A stretch of 64,000 bases of DNA from Polyangiaceae bacterium (GTDB taxonomy: Bacteria > Myxococcota_A > Polyangia > Polyangiales > Polyangiaceae): assembly GCA_965222375.1 (NCBI GenBank), contig CBDCTZ010000016.1, forward strand, positions 2,464,001-2,528,000, given 5' to 3'. Below the pieces are notes generated by a model that saw only the letters and a list, made by a program, of their open reading frames with translations, made no database searches and was not told the DNA's origin. The translations under genes and the position numbers were made by a program. This document shows, in pieces, positions 38,011 through 47,146 of this stretch. Each line of letters opens with the position of its first letter. Positions within the stretch are counted from its first letter, which is position 1.

Positions 38011-39947
38011 TTGGCTTCCTTCAGCGCCCGGTTGATCAGTTTCTTGAACGCCGGGAAGGGCTGCGCACCGCTGAGGTAGTAGCCATTGATGACGAAGGCG
38101 GGCGTGCCACTGATGCCTGCCTTGTTTGCGATCTGAGCGTCCTTCTCCACCTTCGCCTTGTGGGTCCGGTTGTCGAGGGCTGCTTTGAACTTGCCCATGT
38201 CGAGGCCCAGGTCCGTCGCCACCTTGTCGAGGGCGGGCCGCTTCAGGTCCGCCTGGGTTTCGAACAATTTGGCGTGGCACTTCCAGTAGCCGTCGTTGCC
38301 CTTCTGAGCATGTGCCTCGCGGCAGGCCTCAGCAGCGAGCGGCGCCTCCTTGTGGAAGGGCAGGGGCAGATCGCGCCAAACGATCTTCACCTTGTTGCCG
38401 TACTCCTTCTTGATTTGATCCATGGTCGGCTCGACGCGCTTGCAGAAGGGGCACTGATAGTCGGAGAACTCCTGAATCACGACCTTCGCGTTGGCGCCAC
38501 CCTTCCAAGGAGCGTCCGCGTCCGGCTTCGGCACGTCCTTCTTCTCGGGAGGAGGCGGCTCTTTGCCGGTCTTCATGATCTCTTCGTAGACCTTGGAACG
38601 GGGAGTGCCCTTGGCCACGAGCGCCTTGGCTTTCGCCAACTGCTCGTCGATGAGCTTCTTGAAGGCGTCGAAGGGCTGAGCGCCAGAAAGGCGTCGCCCG
38701 TTCACGAAGAAGTGGGGCGTGCCCCGAGCTTCGACCTCCATCGCGAGTTCGGCGTTGGCGTTGATCTTGGCCATGTACTTTTCGCCGTCGATCGCTGCCT
38801 TGATGGCGGGCCAGGGCACGCCGATCTTGCCGGCAACCGCTTCCAGGTCCGCGTCTTCCAACTTGGGCTGGCTCTCGAAGAGTGCATCGTGAGCTGCCCA
38901 GAATCCGTCGTCGCCCTTCAGCTTGTAGGCGTGGCGGGCGAGGATGGCCGTGGGCTTGGCGCGGGGATGGAAGGGCAGGGGGTTGTCCTTCCAGACGATG
39001 CGCACGTCCTTGCCGTAGGTATCGACGATCTGCTTCGTGGTGCCCAAGACTCGCTTGCAGAAGGGGCACTGGAACTCGCTCCACTCCACGATGGTGACCA
39101 GCGCGTCGCTGGGACCCTTCTGGGGGTCGTCCTTGAACACTGGCACCTTCCACACGGTCGTGTCTGGGGGCGGCGCGGCGGGCTTCTCGGCCTTCTTGGC
39201 ATCAGGAGCGGCGGTGGCGTTCTTCTTGGACAGCTCGACGTAGACCTTGTCCTTGGGAGTGCCGGCTGCGATGGCTTTTTGGGCCGCCGCGAGCTGAGCG
39301 TCGATGACTTCCTTGAACTTCTCGAAGGGCTGCGCGCCGACCAGGGTCACGCCGTTGATGCGGAACGCCGGAGTACCCGTCGCCCCGACCTTGGTCGCCA
39401 TGGCCATGTCTTCGTCGACCTTCTTGGCGTACTTCTTCGCCTTGTAGGCTGCGTTGAACTTGGCCATGTCCACGCCGGACTCCTTGGCCCAGGCTTGGAT
39501 GTTCTCCTCGGTGAAAGCCTTCTGGTTGGCGAAGGCCTTGTCGTGGAACTTCCAGAATGGGTCGTTGCCCCCAACCGCGAAAATCGTCGCGGAAGCTTCA
39601 TGCACCGGTCGCGCTTCCTTGTGGAAGGGCAGGGGCTGGTGCTTCCAGACGATGCGGACCTTCTCTTTGCCGTAGGTCTTCTTGATCTGCGCCATGGTCG
39701 GATTGACCCGGCTGCAGAATGGGCACTGGAAGTCGCTGATCTCGACAATCGTGACCGGCGCGTCCGCATTGCCCCAAGACGGGTCTGCGGCGGTGACGGG
39801 CACCGGAGAGTCACTGTGGTCCAAACCTCCAACGGAGGCGGATTCGGGCCCAATCGCTGTGCCTTTGCTGCGATCGATGCCCCACATCAGGCCCATCCCT
39901 GCCAAGAAGCAGAGGAAGAAGCCGACGATGGCTGTTCCCTTATTCAT
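38007..39947 (-). CDS. Triple DsbA/thioredoxin-domain protein
   Basis: Three QCPFC and GTP motifs; AGGAG RBS; N-terminal membrane anchor. Confidence 0.9.
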   Translation of the reverse strand: MNKGTAIVGFFLCFLAGMGLMWGIDRSKGTAIGPESASVGGLDHSDSPVPVTAADPSWGNADAPVTIVEISDFQCPFCSRVNPTMAQIKKTYGKEKVRIVWKHQPLPFHKEARPVHEASATIFAVGGNDPFWKFHDKAFANQKAFTEENIQAWAKESGVDMAKFNAAYKAKKYAKKVDEDMAMATKVGATGTPAFRINGVTLVGAQPFEKFKEVIDAQLAAAQKAIAAGTPKDKVYVELSKKNATAAPDAKKAEKPAAPPPDTTVWKVPVFKDDPQKGPSDALVTIVEWSEFQCPFCKRVLGTTKQIVDTYGKDVRIVWKDNPLPFHPRAKPTAILARHAYKLKGDDGFWAAHDALFESQPKLEDADLEAVAGKIGVPWPAIKAAIDGEKYMAKINANAELAMEVEARGTPHFFVNGRRLSGAQPFDAFKKLIDEQLAKAKALVAKGTPRSKVYEEIMKTGKEPPPPEKKDVPKPDADAPWKGGANAKVVIQEFSDYQCPFCKRVEPTMDQIKKEYGNKVKIVWRDLPLPFHKEAPLAAEACREAHAQKGNDGYWKCHAKLFETQADLKRPALDKVATDLGLDMGKFKAALDNRTHKAKVEKDAQIANKAGISGTPAFVINGYYLSGAQPFPAFKKLINRALKEAK

Positions 39948-40106
39948 TTTGGTATCTCCTAAAAATCCAAATCACTTACGAATCAAGACTTGCGGCGGTC
40001 AGCTCGCGGCTTCGACGGATTCGCCGAACCACGGGCTCGCGCCGACTCAAACTGGCGCTCTCCCACGTGCAGTGGTGAAAGACTCTGACGACTACCGCAC
40101 GCGGGG

Positions 40107-40538
40107 TCAGCCGCGCGGGGGTCGGTAGACGTTTCGACTGTGTTCGGACGGGCAACGGTAATGCGCTGCCCTGGGGATCTGTTGTCGGACGCCTTTGGGA
40201 CCTGCTAGCCACGCGCTGCCCGTCGGAATCACCCGGTCGACGGAAGCCAGGGCTTCCGCCGAGCGCTCCTGTTGGGGCAGAGGTGCGTCGTCGAGGTGCT
40301 CGAAGTTGGGAGCGTCGCAGGGTAGGGCGTCGATGGTGCCGTTTTCGCTCGGCAGGAGCGGAAAGGGTGCTGCGATGCTTTGAGCCGTCTCGTCGCACAT
40401 GGGCGCGGCGGCCCAGGCGGCGCTCGGAATGGCCACCAAGAGCACGAACACACTCAGCCCCAGCGCAATTTTCGCGCAGGCTCGAGAGCGGGAGCTCTGG
40501 TTGGGGTTGGCCACGACGGCGGGCAGTGTACTCGTCAC
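40107..40538 (-). CDS. Hypothetical exported protein
   Basis: Signal-like segment ending AWAAAPMC; C-terminal YRPPRG. Confidence 0.5.
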   Translation of the reverse strand: MTSTLPAVVANPNQSSRSRACAKIALGLSVFVLLVAIPSAAWAAAPMCDETAQSIAAPFPLLPSENGTIDALPCDAPNFEHLDDAPLPQQERSAEALASVDRVIPTGSAWLAGPKGVRQQIPRAAHYRCPSEHSRNVYRPPRG

Positions 40539-40642
40539 CGCGTTTTGCTCAACCCGCCATGTCGCGGATCAATTCCGGCTCTCATCGAAGGATTTGGGGT
40601 CGTTAACTTGGCCACCTTTCCCTACATTGGCACCATGGCCGC

Positions 40643-43402
40643 ATGTCCGACCCGGCCCAGGTTCATAAGCCACGGAAATCAAAAGACAAAAAGCCGGGCA
40701 GGGAACTGCCGCGACGCTTTGGCCGCCTGACCCTGCTTCGACAGCTTGCCCGCGGCGGCATGGGCGAGGTGTTCCTCGCTGCGGCTGGGAGCATCGACGG
40801 CGCGGAGCGGCCCTGTGTGGTCAAGCTCATCCGGCGAGAGCACTCCGACGACAAGTCCTTCCTGGCTCGGTTCCTGGACGAAGCGCGAATCCAAGCGCAG
40901 CTCCACCACCCGGGGGTGGCGCAAATCCTGGAGGCGAACGAGGACGAGGAGGGCAAGCCCTACGTCGTGGTCGAGCACGTGGAGGGGCGCAACCTCGGCG
41001 AGATCAGGACCCGCGCCGGCCAATTGTCGGCGCGAGTTACCTGGCCTGAAGCGGTCGCCATCGGCATTGCGATGGCTGACGCCCTGGCGCACGTGCATGA
41101 GCGCACCGACGCCGCCGGGCGCCCCCTGGAAATCGTACACCGGGATCTGAGCCCCCAAAACGTGATGATCGCCTACGGCGGTGACATCAAGCTGATCGAC
41201 TTCGGCACGGCACGGGGCGAAAATCGCCGCTGTCACACGGTTGCTGGGATTGTCTTCGCGAAGCCGGGTTACGTGGCGCCCGAGGTCGCCAATCACACGC
41301 CGGGTGGCATCCCCTCCGACATCTACGCCTTTGGAGTGATGCTGTGGGAGCTGCTCGCGGGCCGTCGCTTCCTGGCTGGCGAGTCCACCGAGCACCTGGC
41401 AGCTGTGGCTGAGGGCCGGCGCTCGCCGACGCCCATCGCCCAATTCGTGGACGCGCCCGGCGAGCTGGATGCGGTGATCCAGAAACTGACCGCGACCAAC
41501 ATCGAAGAGCGCTACGTCTCGGCTCGAGACGCCATGAACGACCTGCTCGCGCTACTCAAGCGCGCGCCCAGCCTCCCAGACGGGGAGCGCGGCGTTCGGC
41601 GCCGGGTCTCACTGCTGATGCAGCGCCTGTATCCCTCGGAGCCGGCACGCACGCGGACGGAGTTCACCCGCCTGGTCGCCGTCGCCAAGAAGATCCCCAA
41701 GCCGCGGCCGGTACTGGTTCCGTCGCCCAGCCCCGCCCAAGCGGACGCAGATGACCCGACTCTGTTGCCGGGAACCCGCTACCGGCTGGTGCGGGAGATC
41801 GGCAAAGGCGCCATGGGCGTGGTGCACGAGGCCGTGCACGTCGATCTGGGTCGCAGCTTCGCCCTCAAGGTGTTGCCGAACCATTCCGCCAACGTCAATG
41901 CCGCTGACCGTTTGAAGGCGGAAGCTCGGACCATTGCTCGCCTCAGCCACGAGAACTTGGTCACCTTGCACGACTTTGGTTTCTCGACAGACGGACGACC
42001 CTTCTACGTCATGGAACGCCTCGAAGGTGAGTCTCTGGACAAGCGCTTGGATCGGGATGGCTCCGTGCCCTGGCGCGAGGCTCTACGTATCGGCATCGAC
42101 GCGTGTCAGGCGCTCAGCGCCGCCCACGAAAAGGAGATCGTGCATCGGGACATCAAGCCCGCGAATCTCTTTCTGACCAAGACCGGCGCGCTGAAGCTGC
42201 TCGACTTCGGTGTCGCGAAAGCCTCCACTTCAGTCGAAGTAGTAAATGGCGGCGACGCCCTGTCCCTGGTCGGGACACCCGAGTACATGGCGCCGGAGCA
42301 GACCCTTGGCGGCAGCGCCGACACGCGAAGTGACATCTATGCCCTCGGTGCGGTGCTCTACGAGCTCCTCACCGGCCGACTCCCCCACGTAGAAGCCACC
42401 TTGGTGGCATTGCTTGAAGCCAAGAATGAATGCCCGGTCGAACCTCCGAGTGAGCGGGCGAAACAGAGAGGATTTTCCAATATGGTGGACCAGACGATTC
42501 TCCGCGCTCTCGACAAAGATCCCGAAAAGCGCTTCGAAAGTGCGGACGAAATGCGCGCTGCCCTGGAGGCCGCGTTGCGCGAGCCCGATGTGATCCGGCG
42601 CCGGCGTCGGCGCATGGGTTTCGTGGCTCTGGCCGCCCTGACCATGGGCCTCAGCGGAGCGGTCGCTTTCGCGGTGCAGAAACCCGACGTGCGCGCTCGC
42701 GCGCAAGCCATGGCGGCCCCGATCATCGCCAAGTTCAAGGGGGCGCCGACGACGCCGCCGGAGACCGCGACGGCCCTCGCCGCCGACGTAGCCGACGACC
42801 TGGCGGAGGAAGCGCCGCCACCGGCCGAAGCAACCCCCTCGGAGCCCAGCGCCGCCGAGGCCGAGAGCTCGCAGCCCGAAACCGGAGAGCCCTCCGAGCC
42901 TGCCGAGGAGAAAGTCGCCGCCGCCGATGAGCCCGCTGAAGGCGAAGCCGACTCGAAGGACAAAGACAAGGCCGATACTCCTGCAGCGGAGCTGTTTGCC
43001 GCAGCTCCGGCCAAAGACGACAAGAGCGAGGACGACCTCGAAACCAAGATCCAGGAAGCTCAGGATCTGATGGACAACGGCCAGAAGGTGAAGGGGTTCA
43101 ACAAGATCCGGCGCATCGGTAAAAACAATCGCAAGGACGCCCGAGCCCTCAAAGCTTGGTACGAGGCCTCCCGAGCCATGAAGGCCTACGGCGAGGCGCA
43201 TCGCGTCGTTCGTCAATGGGCAGCCCTCGAAAAGACCCCCGAGAGCCGGGTGCAGCTGGCTCGCATGCAGCGCGCTATCGGCAAGCGCGAGGCGGCCATC
43301 GCGACCCTGAATGCGCTGCTCACCGAGCGGCCGGGTCACGAGCAGGCCCGCCAGATGCTCCGCGTTCTGACCGGCGCAGATGCCCAGCTGGCACGCCGCT
43401 AA
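40643..43402 (+). CDS. Protein with two Ser/Thr kinase domains
   Basis: HRDLSPQN/DFG/APE and HRDIKPAN/DFG/GTPEYMAPE; TM helix; C-terminal TPR-like region. Confidence 0.92.
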   Translation: MSDPAQVHKPRKSKDKKPGRELPRRFGRLTLLRQLARGGMGEVFLAAAGSIDGAERPCVVKLIRREHSDDKSFLARFLDEARIQAQLHHPGVAQILEANEDEEGKPYVVVEHVEGRNLGEIRTRAGQLSARVTWPEAVAIGIAMADALAHVHERTDAAGRPLEIVHRDLSPQNVMIAYGGDIKLIDFGTARGENRRCHTVAGIVFAKPGYVAPEVANHTPGGIPSDIYAFGVMLWELLAGRRFLAGESTEHLAAVAEGRRSPTPIAQFVDAPGELDAVIQKLTATNIEERYVSARDAMNDLLALLKRAPSLPDGERGVRRRVSLLMQRLYPSEPARTRTEFTRLVAVAKKIPKPRPVLVPSPSPAQADADDPTLLPGTRYRLVREIGKGAMGVVHEAVHVDLGRSFALKVLPNHSANVNAADRLKAEARTIARLSHENLVTLHDFGFSTDGRPFYVMERLEGESLDKRLDRDGSVPWREALRIGIDACQALSAAHEKEIVHRDIKPANLFLTKTGALKLLDFGVAKASTSVEVVNGGDALSLVGTPEYMAPEQTLGGSADTRSDIYALGAVLYELLTGRLPHVEATLVALLEAKNECPVEPPSERAKQRGFSNMVDQTILRALDKDPEKRFESADEMRAALEAALREPDVIRRRRRRMGFVALAALTMGLSGAVAFAVQKPDVRARAQAMAAPIIAKFKGAPTTPPETATALAADVADDLAEEAPPPAEATPSEPSAAEAESSQPETGEPSEPAEEKVAAADEPAEGEADSKDKDKADTPAAELFAAAPAKDDKSEDDLETKIQEAQDLMDNGQKVKGFNKIRRIGKNNRKDARALKAWYEASRAMKAYGEAHRVVRQWAALEKTPESRVQLARMQRAIGKREAAIATLNALLTERPGHEQARQMLRVLTGADAQLARR

Positions 43403-43619
43403 AAGCACCCCCCTGTCGCTGCCCCAAACCTGGGCGGTGTGGCTAAATGCGCGATTTCATGGAGATCGCGCTGGCCCCACCGCCCATTTTGCTTTCCTGA
43501 AGCCGACAAAGCCGCGATAACGCCGCTCGCCTGCGTGAACCCGGCGCGAAAACGGACACGCTCCGTCGGAAGCAGCCCTTCGGGCCCACGCAGCATCAGA
43601 TCTTCGACTCGCTGCTGAC

Positions 43620-45059
43620 ATGGCCAGCATTCCCAACCCCACCGGCCTTCGCGTTGCCACCGAAGGCTCGCCTTACCGCGCTGTCCTCAAGCTTGCGACA
43701 CCGACCGTGTTGGCGATGCTCACTCAGAGCGTCGTCAACGAGATCGACATCATCTTCTTCTCGTGGCTGCCCTGCCCCGAGTCCTCCAACGCTCAAGCGG
43801 CCCTGCTGCCGTCGCTGATCCTGCTGTGGCTCTTCGGTGGCTCTCTCTCGGCCATTTCCGTCGGCACTCAGGCGATCGCCGCCCGGCGATTCGCCCAGCG
43901 CAAGAGCGAGGACGCGGGCGCCGTCCTGGTGAATTCCTGGTGCTTCTCGCTGGTGGCGGGAATCATCTTCACGGTGATCGGCTACCTGTCGCTGCCCTTC
44001 ATCCTCGACGTGCTGATCAAGGTGCCCGAGGTGCGCGAGGCCGCCAAGGAGTACCTGCACTGGCGGCTGCTGGGCATCGTCAGCATGGCGATGACCTTCT
44101 CGTTCAAAGCGTTCTTCGATGGTATCGGCAAGACCCACGTGCACATGGTCGGCGCGATCGTCATGAACGCGCTGAACATCATCCTGTGCCTGGCCTTCAT
44201 CTTCGGCCGCTGGGGCGCCCCACGCATGGGCATCGCGGGTGCGGGCTTGGCGGGCTTCGTGAGCACCTGGGTCGGCCTCGCCATCATGATTGGCTGGGCG
44301 CTGCTGCCCAAGTATCGGCGGGTCTTCGCGCCCTTCCGGCTCAAGCGGCTGAGCAAGACCCTGACTTGGGACATCCTGAAACTCAGCATTCCCAGCGCCG
44401 TGGCCACCATCGCGGTGATGAGCGGTTTCGCGCTTTTCGCCATGATTGTGAGCAAACTCGACAGCATCAGCAGCGCCGCGGTGGTTCAGTCCAGCTGCCC
44501 CGGGGGCCGGGCTGAGGCCGTCAATAGTGCCGCCACGACGGTCATTGTCGGGATCCTGAAGCTGACCTTCACGGCCTGCTTGGCGTTCGGTACCTCGACG
44601 GCCACGCTGGTCAGTCAGTCCCTCGGCGAGGGCGATGGCAAGAAAGCGGCGCGCTTTGGATGGGTGAGCGTGCGCCTTGGTCTGCTGATCTTCGGCATCG
44701 TGGGCCTGCTGGAGGGCGTGGTCTTCCCGCGTGAGATCTTGTCCTTCGTGAGTCAGAGCCCGGCGGTGATCGAAGCTGCCATGATGCCGATGCAGATCAT
44801 GGGCATCATCACGCCCCTCATCGCCGTGGGCATGATCCTGACCCAAGCCCTCTTCGGCGCTGGCAACACCCGCTTCGTGATGATCGTGGAGCTCATCCTG
44901 CACTTCAGCTGCTTGGTGCCGCTGGCCTGGTTCTTGGGCATCACCCTCGGCTACGGCCTGGTCGGGATTTGGAGCGCTGCCGTCGTCTACGTCCTGCTGC
45001 TGACCATCGTGATGGTCTGGAAATTCGCCAAGGGCGATTGGAAAGAAATTCGGATCTGA
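43620..45059 (+). CDS. MATE family efflux transporter
   Basis: About 12 TM segments; LKLATP, PRMGIAGAGLA, LKLSIP. Confidence 0.9.
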   Translation: MASIPNPTGLRVATEGSPYRAVLKLATPTVLAMLTQSVVNEIDIIFFSWLPCPESSNAQAALLPSLILLWLFGGSLSAISVGTQAIAARRFAQRKSEDAGAVLVNSWCFSLVAGIIFTVIGYLSLPFILDVLIKVPEVREAAKEYLHWRLLGIVSMAMTFSFKAFFDGIGKTHVHMVGAIVMNALNIILCLAFIFGRWGAPRMGIAGAGLAGFVSTWVGLAIMIGWALLPKYRRVFAPFRLKRLSKTLTWDILKLSIPSAVATIAVMSGFALFAMIVSKLDSISSAAVVQSSCPGGRAEAVNSAATTVIVGILKLTFTACLAFGTSTATLVSQSLGEGDGKKAARFGWVSVRLGLLIFGIVGLLEGVVFPREILSFVSQSPAVIEAAMMPMQIMGIITPLIAVGMILTQALFGAGNTRFVMIVELILHFSCLVPLAWFLGITLGYGLVGIWSAAVVYVLLLTIVMVWKFAKGDWKEIRI

Positions 45060-45073
45060 GCCACTCTCACGCC

Positions 45074-45928
45074 ATGAGGTGGCGCGCTCTACGGGCTCTC
45101 GGCCTGATGGCTCTGGCGACGCCCCTGGCCCTGCACTGCGCTGAGGCAACGAAACCCGCCGCGCAACCCCGCTCTCCTGCTGTCGCTGACGATGCCGGAC
45201 AGGTCCCGGTTCTGAGCGCTTTGGATTCGAGTTCGCCCCAGGCGGATAGCGGCACTGAGGCCCAGACGGACGCCGCGCTGGCACCCGAGGTCGCGCGCCC
45301 TCAGGGCCTGCAGCGGCTCGACCTCGGTGGTCGCCCAGCCCTGACCCACGCGCCTGCCGTGGGAGGCTCCCAGATGCCCCTGGTGGTCTTTCTGCACGGC
45401 ATGTGCGCCATCCCCGAATGGGAATGCCCGGTGTTCACAGGAGCGAGCGCTGGCGCGTGGCTGCTCTGTCCCCCCGGGCCGGCACCCTGCGCGGGTGGGG
45501 GCCGGATGTGGGTGGGCACGCGCAAGAGGCTGACCGGCCAGGTGGGCCGTTTCACCTCCGCGCTAGTCGAGCAGGAGTCCCTCAGCGCCGGCCGTCGCGC
45601 CCTGGTCGGCTATTCCCTCGGGGCACCCGCGGCGCTGCAGATCGCTTTGGCAGAGCCCGGTCGCTGGCAGCGGCTGATGATCGTGAACGCGTCGGTGGTC
45701 CCCAGCGCTGCGCAGCTCAAGCGCGCGGGGGTGACTCGCCTAGCCCTCGTCGCCGGAGCCCACGACCGTACTGCGGGCAAGTTGCGACAGGGCGCCCAGC
45801 GCCTTGCTCGCAGCGGCGTTGACGCGCGCTTCTTCAGCCTCGGCCCCGTGGGCCACTTCTTCGACCGAACCAGCGCCCAGCGCATGGTGCCTTCACTCAC
45901 CTGGCTCACCGCAGACTGGGAGAGCTGA
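45074..45928 (+). CDS. Alpha/beta hydrolase
   Basis: FLHGM, GYSLG, VGHFF. Confidence 0.75.
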   Translation: MRWRALRALGLMALATPLALHCAEATKPAAQPRSPAVADDAGQVPVLSALDSSSPQADSGTEAQTDAALAPEVARPQGLQRLDLGGRPALTHAPAVGGSQMPLVVFLHGMCAIPEWECPVFTGASAGAWLLCPPGPAPCAGGGRMWVGTRKRLTGQVGRFTSALVEQESLSAGRRALVGYSLGAPAALQIALAEPGRWQRLMIVNASVVPSAAQLKRAGVTRLALVAGAHDRTAGKLRQGAQRLARSGVDARFFSLGPVGHFFDRTSAQRMVPSLTWLTADWES

Positions 45929-46070
45929 CTCCGTCCCAGTTCAGTTTTTTGGGTGTTTTGGGTTTGGGGGTCGAGCGCTGGGGCACGATGGGGCCCTAAT
46001 CTCGATTTGGGGCGCGCTGGTGCGCGGGAGTGCTGGGGCGGCGCCAGATCCAGTGGCCGTGGCGTGCCCC

Positions 46071-46178
46071 GCGTCGGCGTCGGCGCCCGCGTCAGCGTCA
46101 GCGTCGGCGTCAGCGTCGGCGTCCGTGTCAGCGTCAGCGTCAGCGTCCGTGTCAGCGTCAGCGTCAGCGTCGGCGTTA
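46071..46178. repeat. Hexamer tandem array (GCGTCR)n, ~18 units
   Basis: Read directly. Confidence 0.9.
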
Positions 46179-46227
46179 GGACCCGGGATCAGATCAATAC
46201 ATCGCTGACACTCTCGTGATCACCCCC

Positions 46228-46317
46228 GACGGCTACGAGCACGGGGACGGCTACGAGCACGGGGACGGTTACGAAGACGGGGACGGTTACGAAGACGGGG
46301 ACGGTTACGAAGACGGC
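46228..46317. repeat. 18-bp tandem repeat, 5 copies
   Basis: gacggctacgagcacggg x2, then gacggttacgaagacggg x3 (last copy ends in c). Confidence 0.92.
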
Positions 46318-46450
46318 TCGACGATCTTGTGACGTCGTTGGGCAACCCCGCGCCAGCTTTCGCTGGCACTGGGGGTTGCGTTCGTGGGTTGCGGGGGCGG
46401 TGACTGGGGGCGTGGGGTCGAAACCTCCTTCTGGGGTGAAGGAGGTTTCT

Positions 46451-46804
46451 ATGAACATGAAACGATCGACACAGTCACTACTTCCGCATCATCGGTTGCG
46501 GGCGTTCCGGGTTGCTCTGGAGTTGTTGGCTGCGGTGAGGGCGGCGAACATCCGTGATCGGGGCGACCGCGATCAGGCTATTCGTGCAGCGAAGGCTGCT
46601 TGTCGGAATATCGCTGAGGGTGTTGGGCGGGTGTCGCCGGCGGATCGGGCTCGTGTTTTTGGTATCGCGCGGGGTGAAACTGTCGAGGCCATTGCGGTGA
46701 CCGAAATCGCGGTTGAGGCTGGTCAGGGGTCGGCTGATGCGCTGCCTCGGGTGCTCGACCGCGGCAACGCGCTCTACGCCATGCTCACGGCGTTGTCCCG
46801 CTAG
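46451..46804 (+). CDS. Four-helix-bundle protein (23S rRNA IVS-protein/Avd-like)
   Basis: AGGAGG RBS; DQAIRAA...NIAEG...FGIARGE..E. Confidence 0.85.
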   Translation: MNMKRSTQSLLPHHRLRAFRVALELLAAVRAANIRDRGDRDQAIRAAKAACRNIAEGVGRVSPADRARVFGIARGETVEAIAVTEIAVEAGQGSADALPRVLDRGNALYAMLTALSR

Positions 46805-46935
46805 GCGCTTGCCGCCTCCTAGGGGCCACGCGCGCCCGTTGCCGCGTGGCCCCTGCGCGGCTGCCGCGGGCGTGCGCGTGCGGTCGCGCGGCCCAGGGAT
46901 GCGACGCGACTGCAGTCGCGCCAAGTTACAGTTCG

Positions 46936-47051
46936 GCTCCCCCAAAAAACAAGCAAGCAGGTCTTCGAATCCCGCCGTCTTTGCCGGACGGCGTGGAGCT
47001 CCCCCCAAAACGACCGGAAGCAGGACTTCGAATCACGCCGTCTTTGCCGGA
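46936..47051. repeat. Two imperfect ~62-bp direct repeats
   Basis: gctccccc..aaaa...aagcagg[ta]cttcgaatc[ca]cgccgtctttgccgga occurs twice. Confidence 0.8.
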
Positions 47052-47057
47052 GCGGCC

Positions 47058-47098
47058 TGCCGACCACTTATATGCACTATGCATATAAGTGGTCGGCA
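47058..47098. repeat. Perfect inverted repeat, 19-bp arms and 3-nt spacer
   Basis: tgccgaccacttatatgca-cta-tgcatataagtggtcggca. Confidence 0.92.
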
Positions 47099-47146
47099 AC
47101 GCTCAAGAACGGCCGATTTCTGAGGCAGCCGGATGCAGGCGCTGGA

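Noticed and set aside
46228..46317. CRISPR array (also considered for 34797-35000 and 57690-57878)
   Set aside because: Units are head-to-tail with no unique spacers, and there are no cas genes in the window.
46451..46804. Diversity-generating retroelement suggested by the Avd-like gene
   Set aside because: No reverse transcriptase and no TR/VR pair with adenine-specific differences seen.
46957..47037. tRNA fragments (ttcgaatc resembles a T-loop)
   Set aside because: No cloverleaf can be formed.
47058..47098. dif site or protelomerase target
   Set aside because: The 3-nt spacer does not fit the 11-6-11 dif layout, and there is no protelomerase gene in the window.
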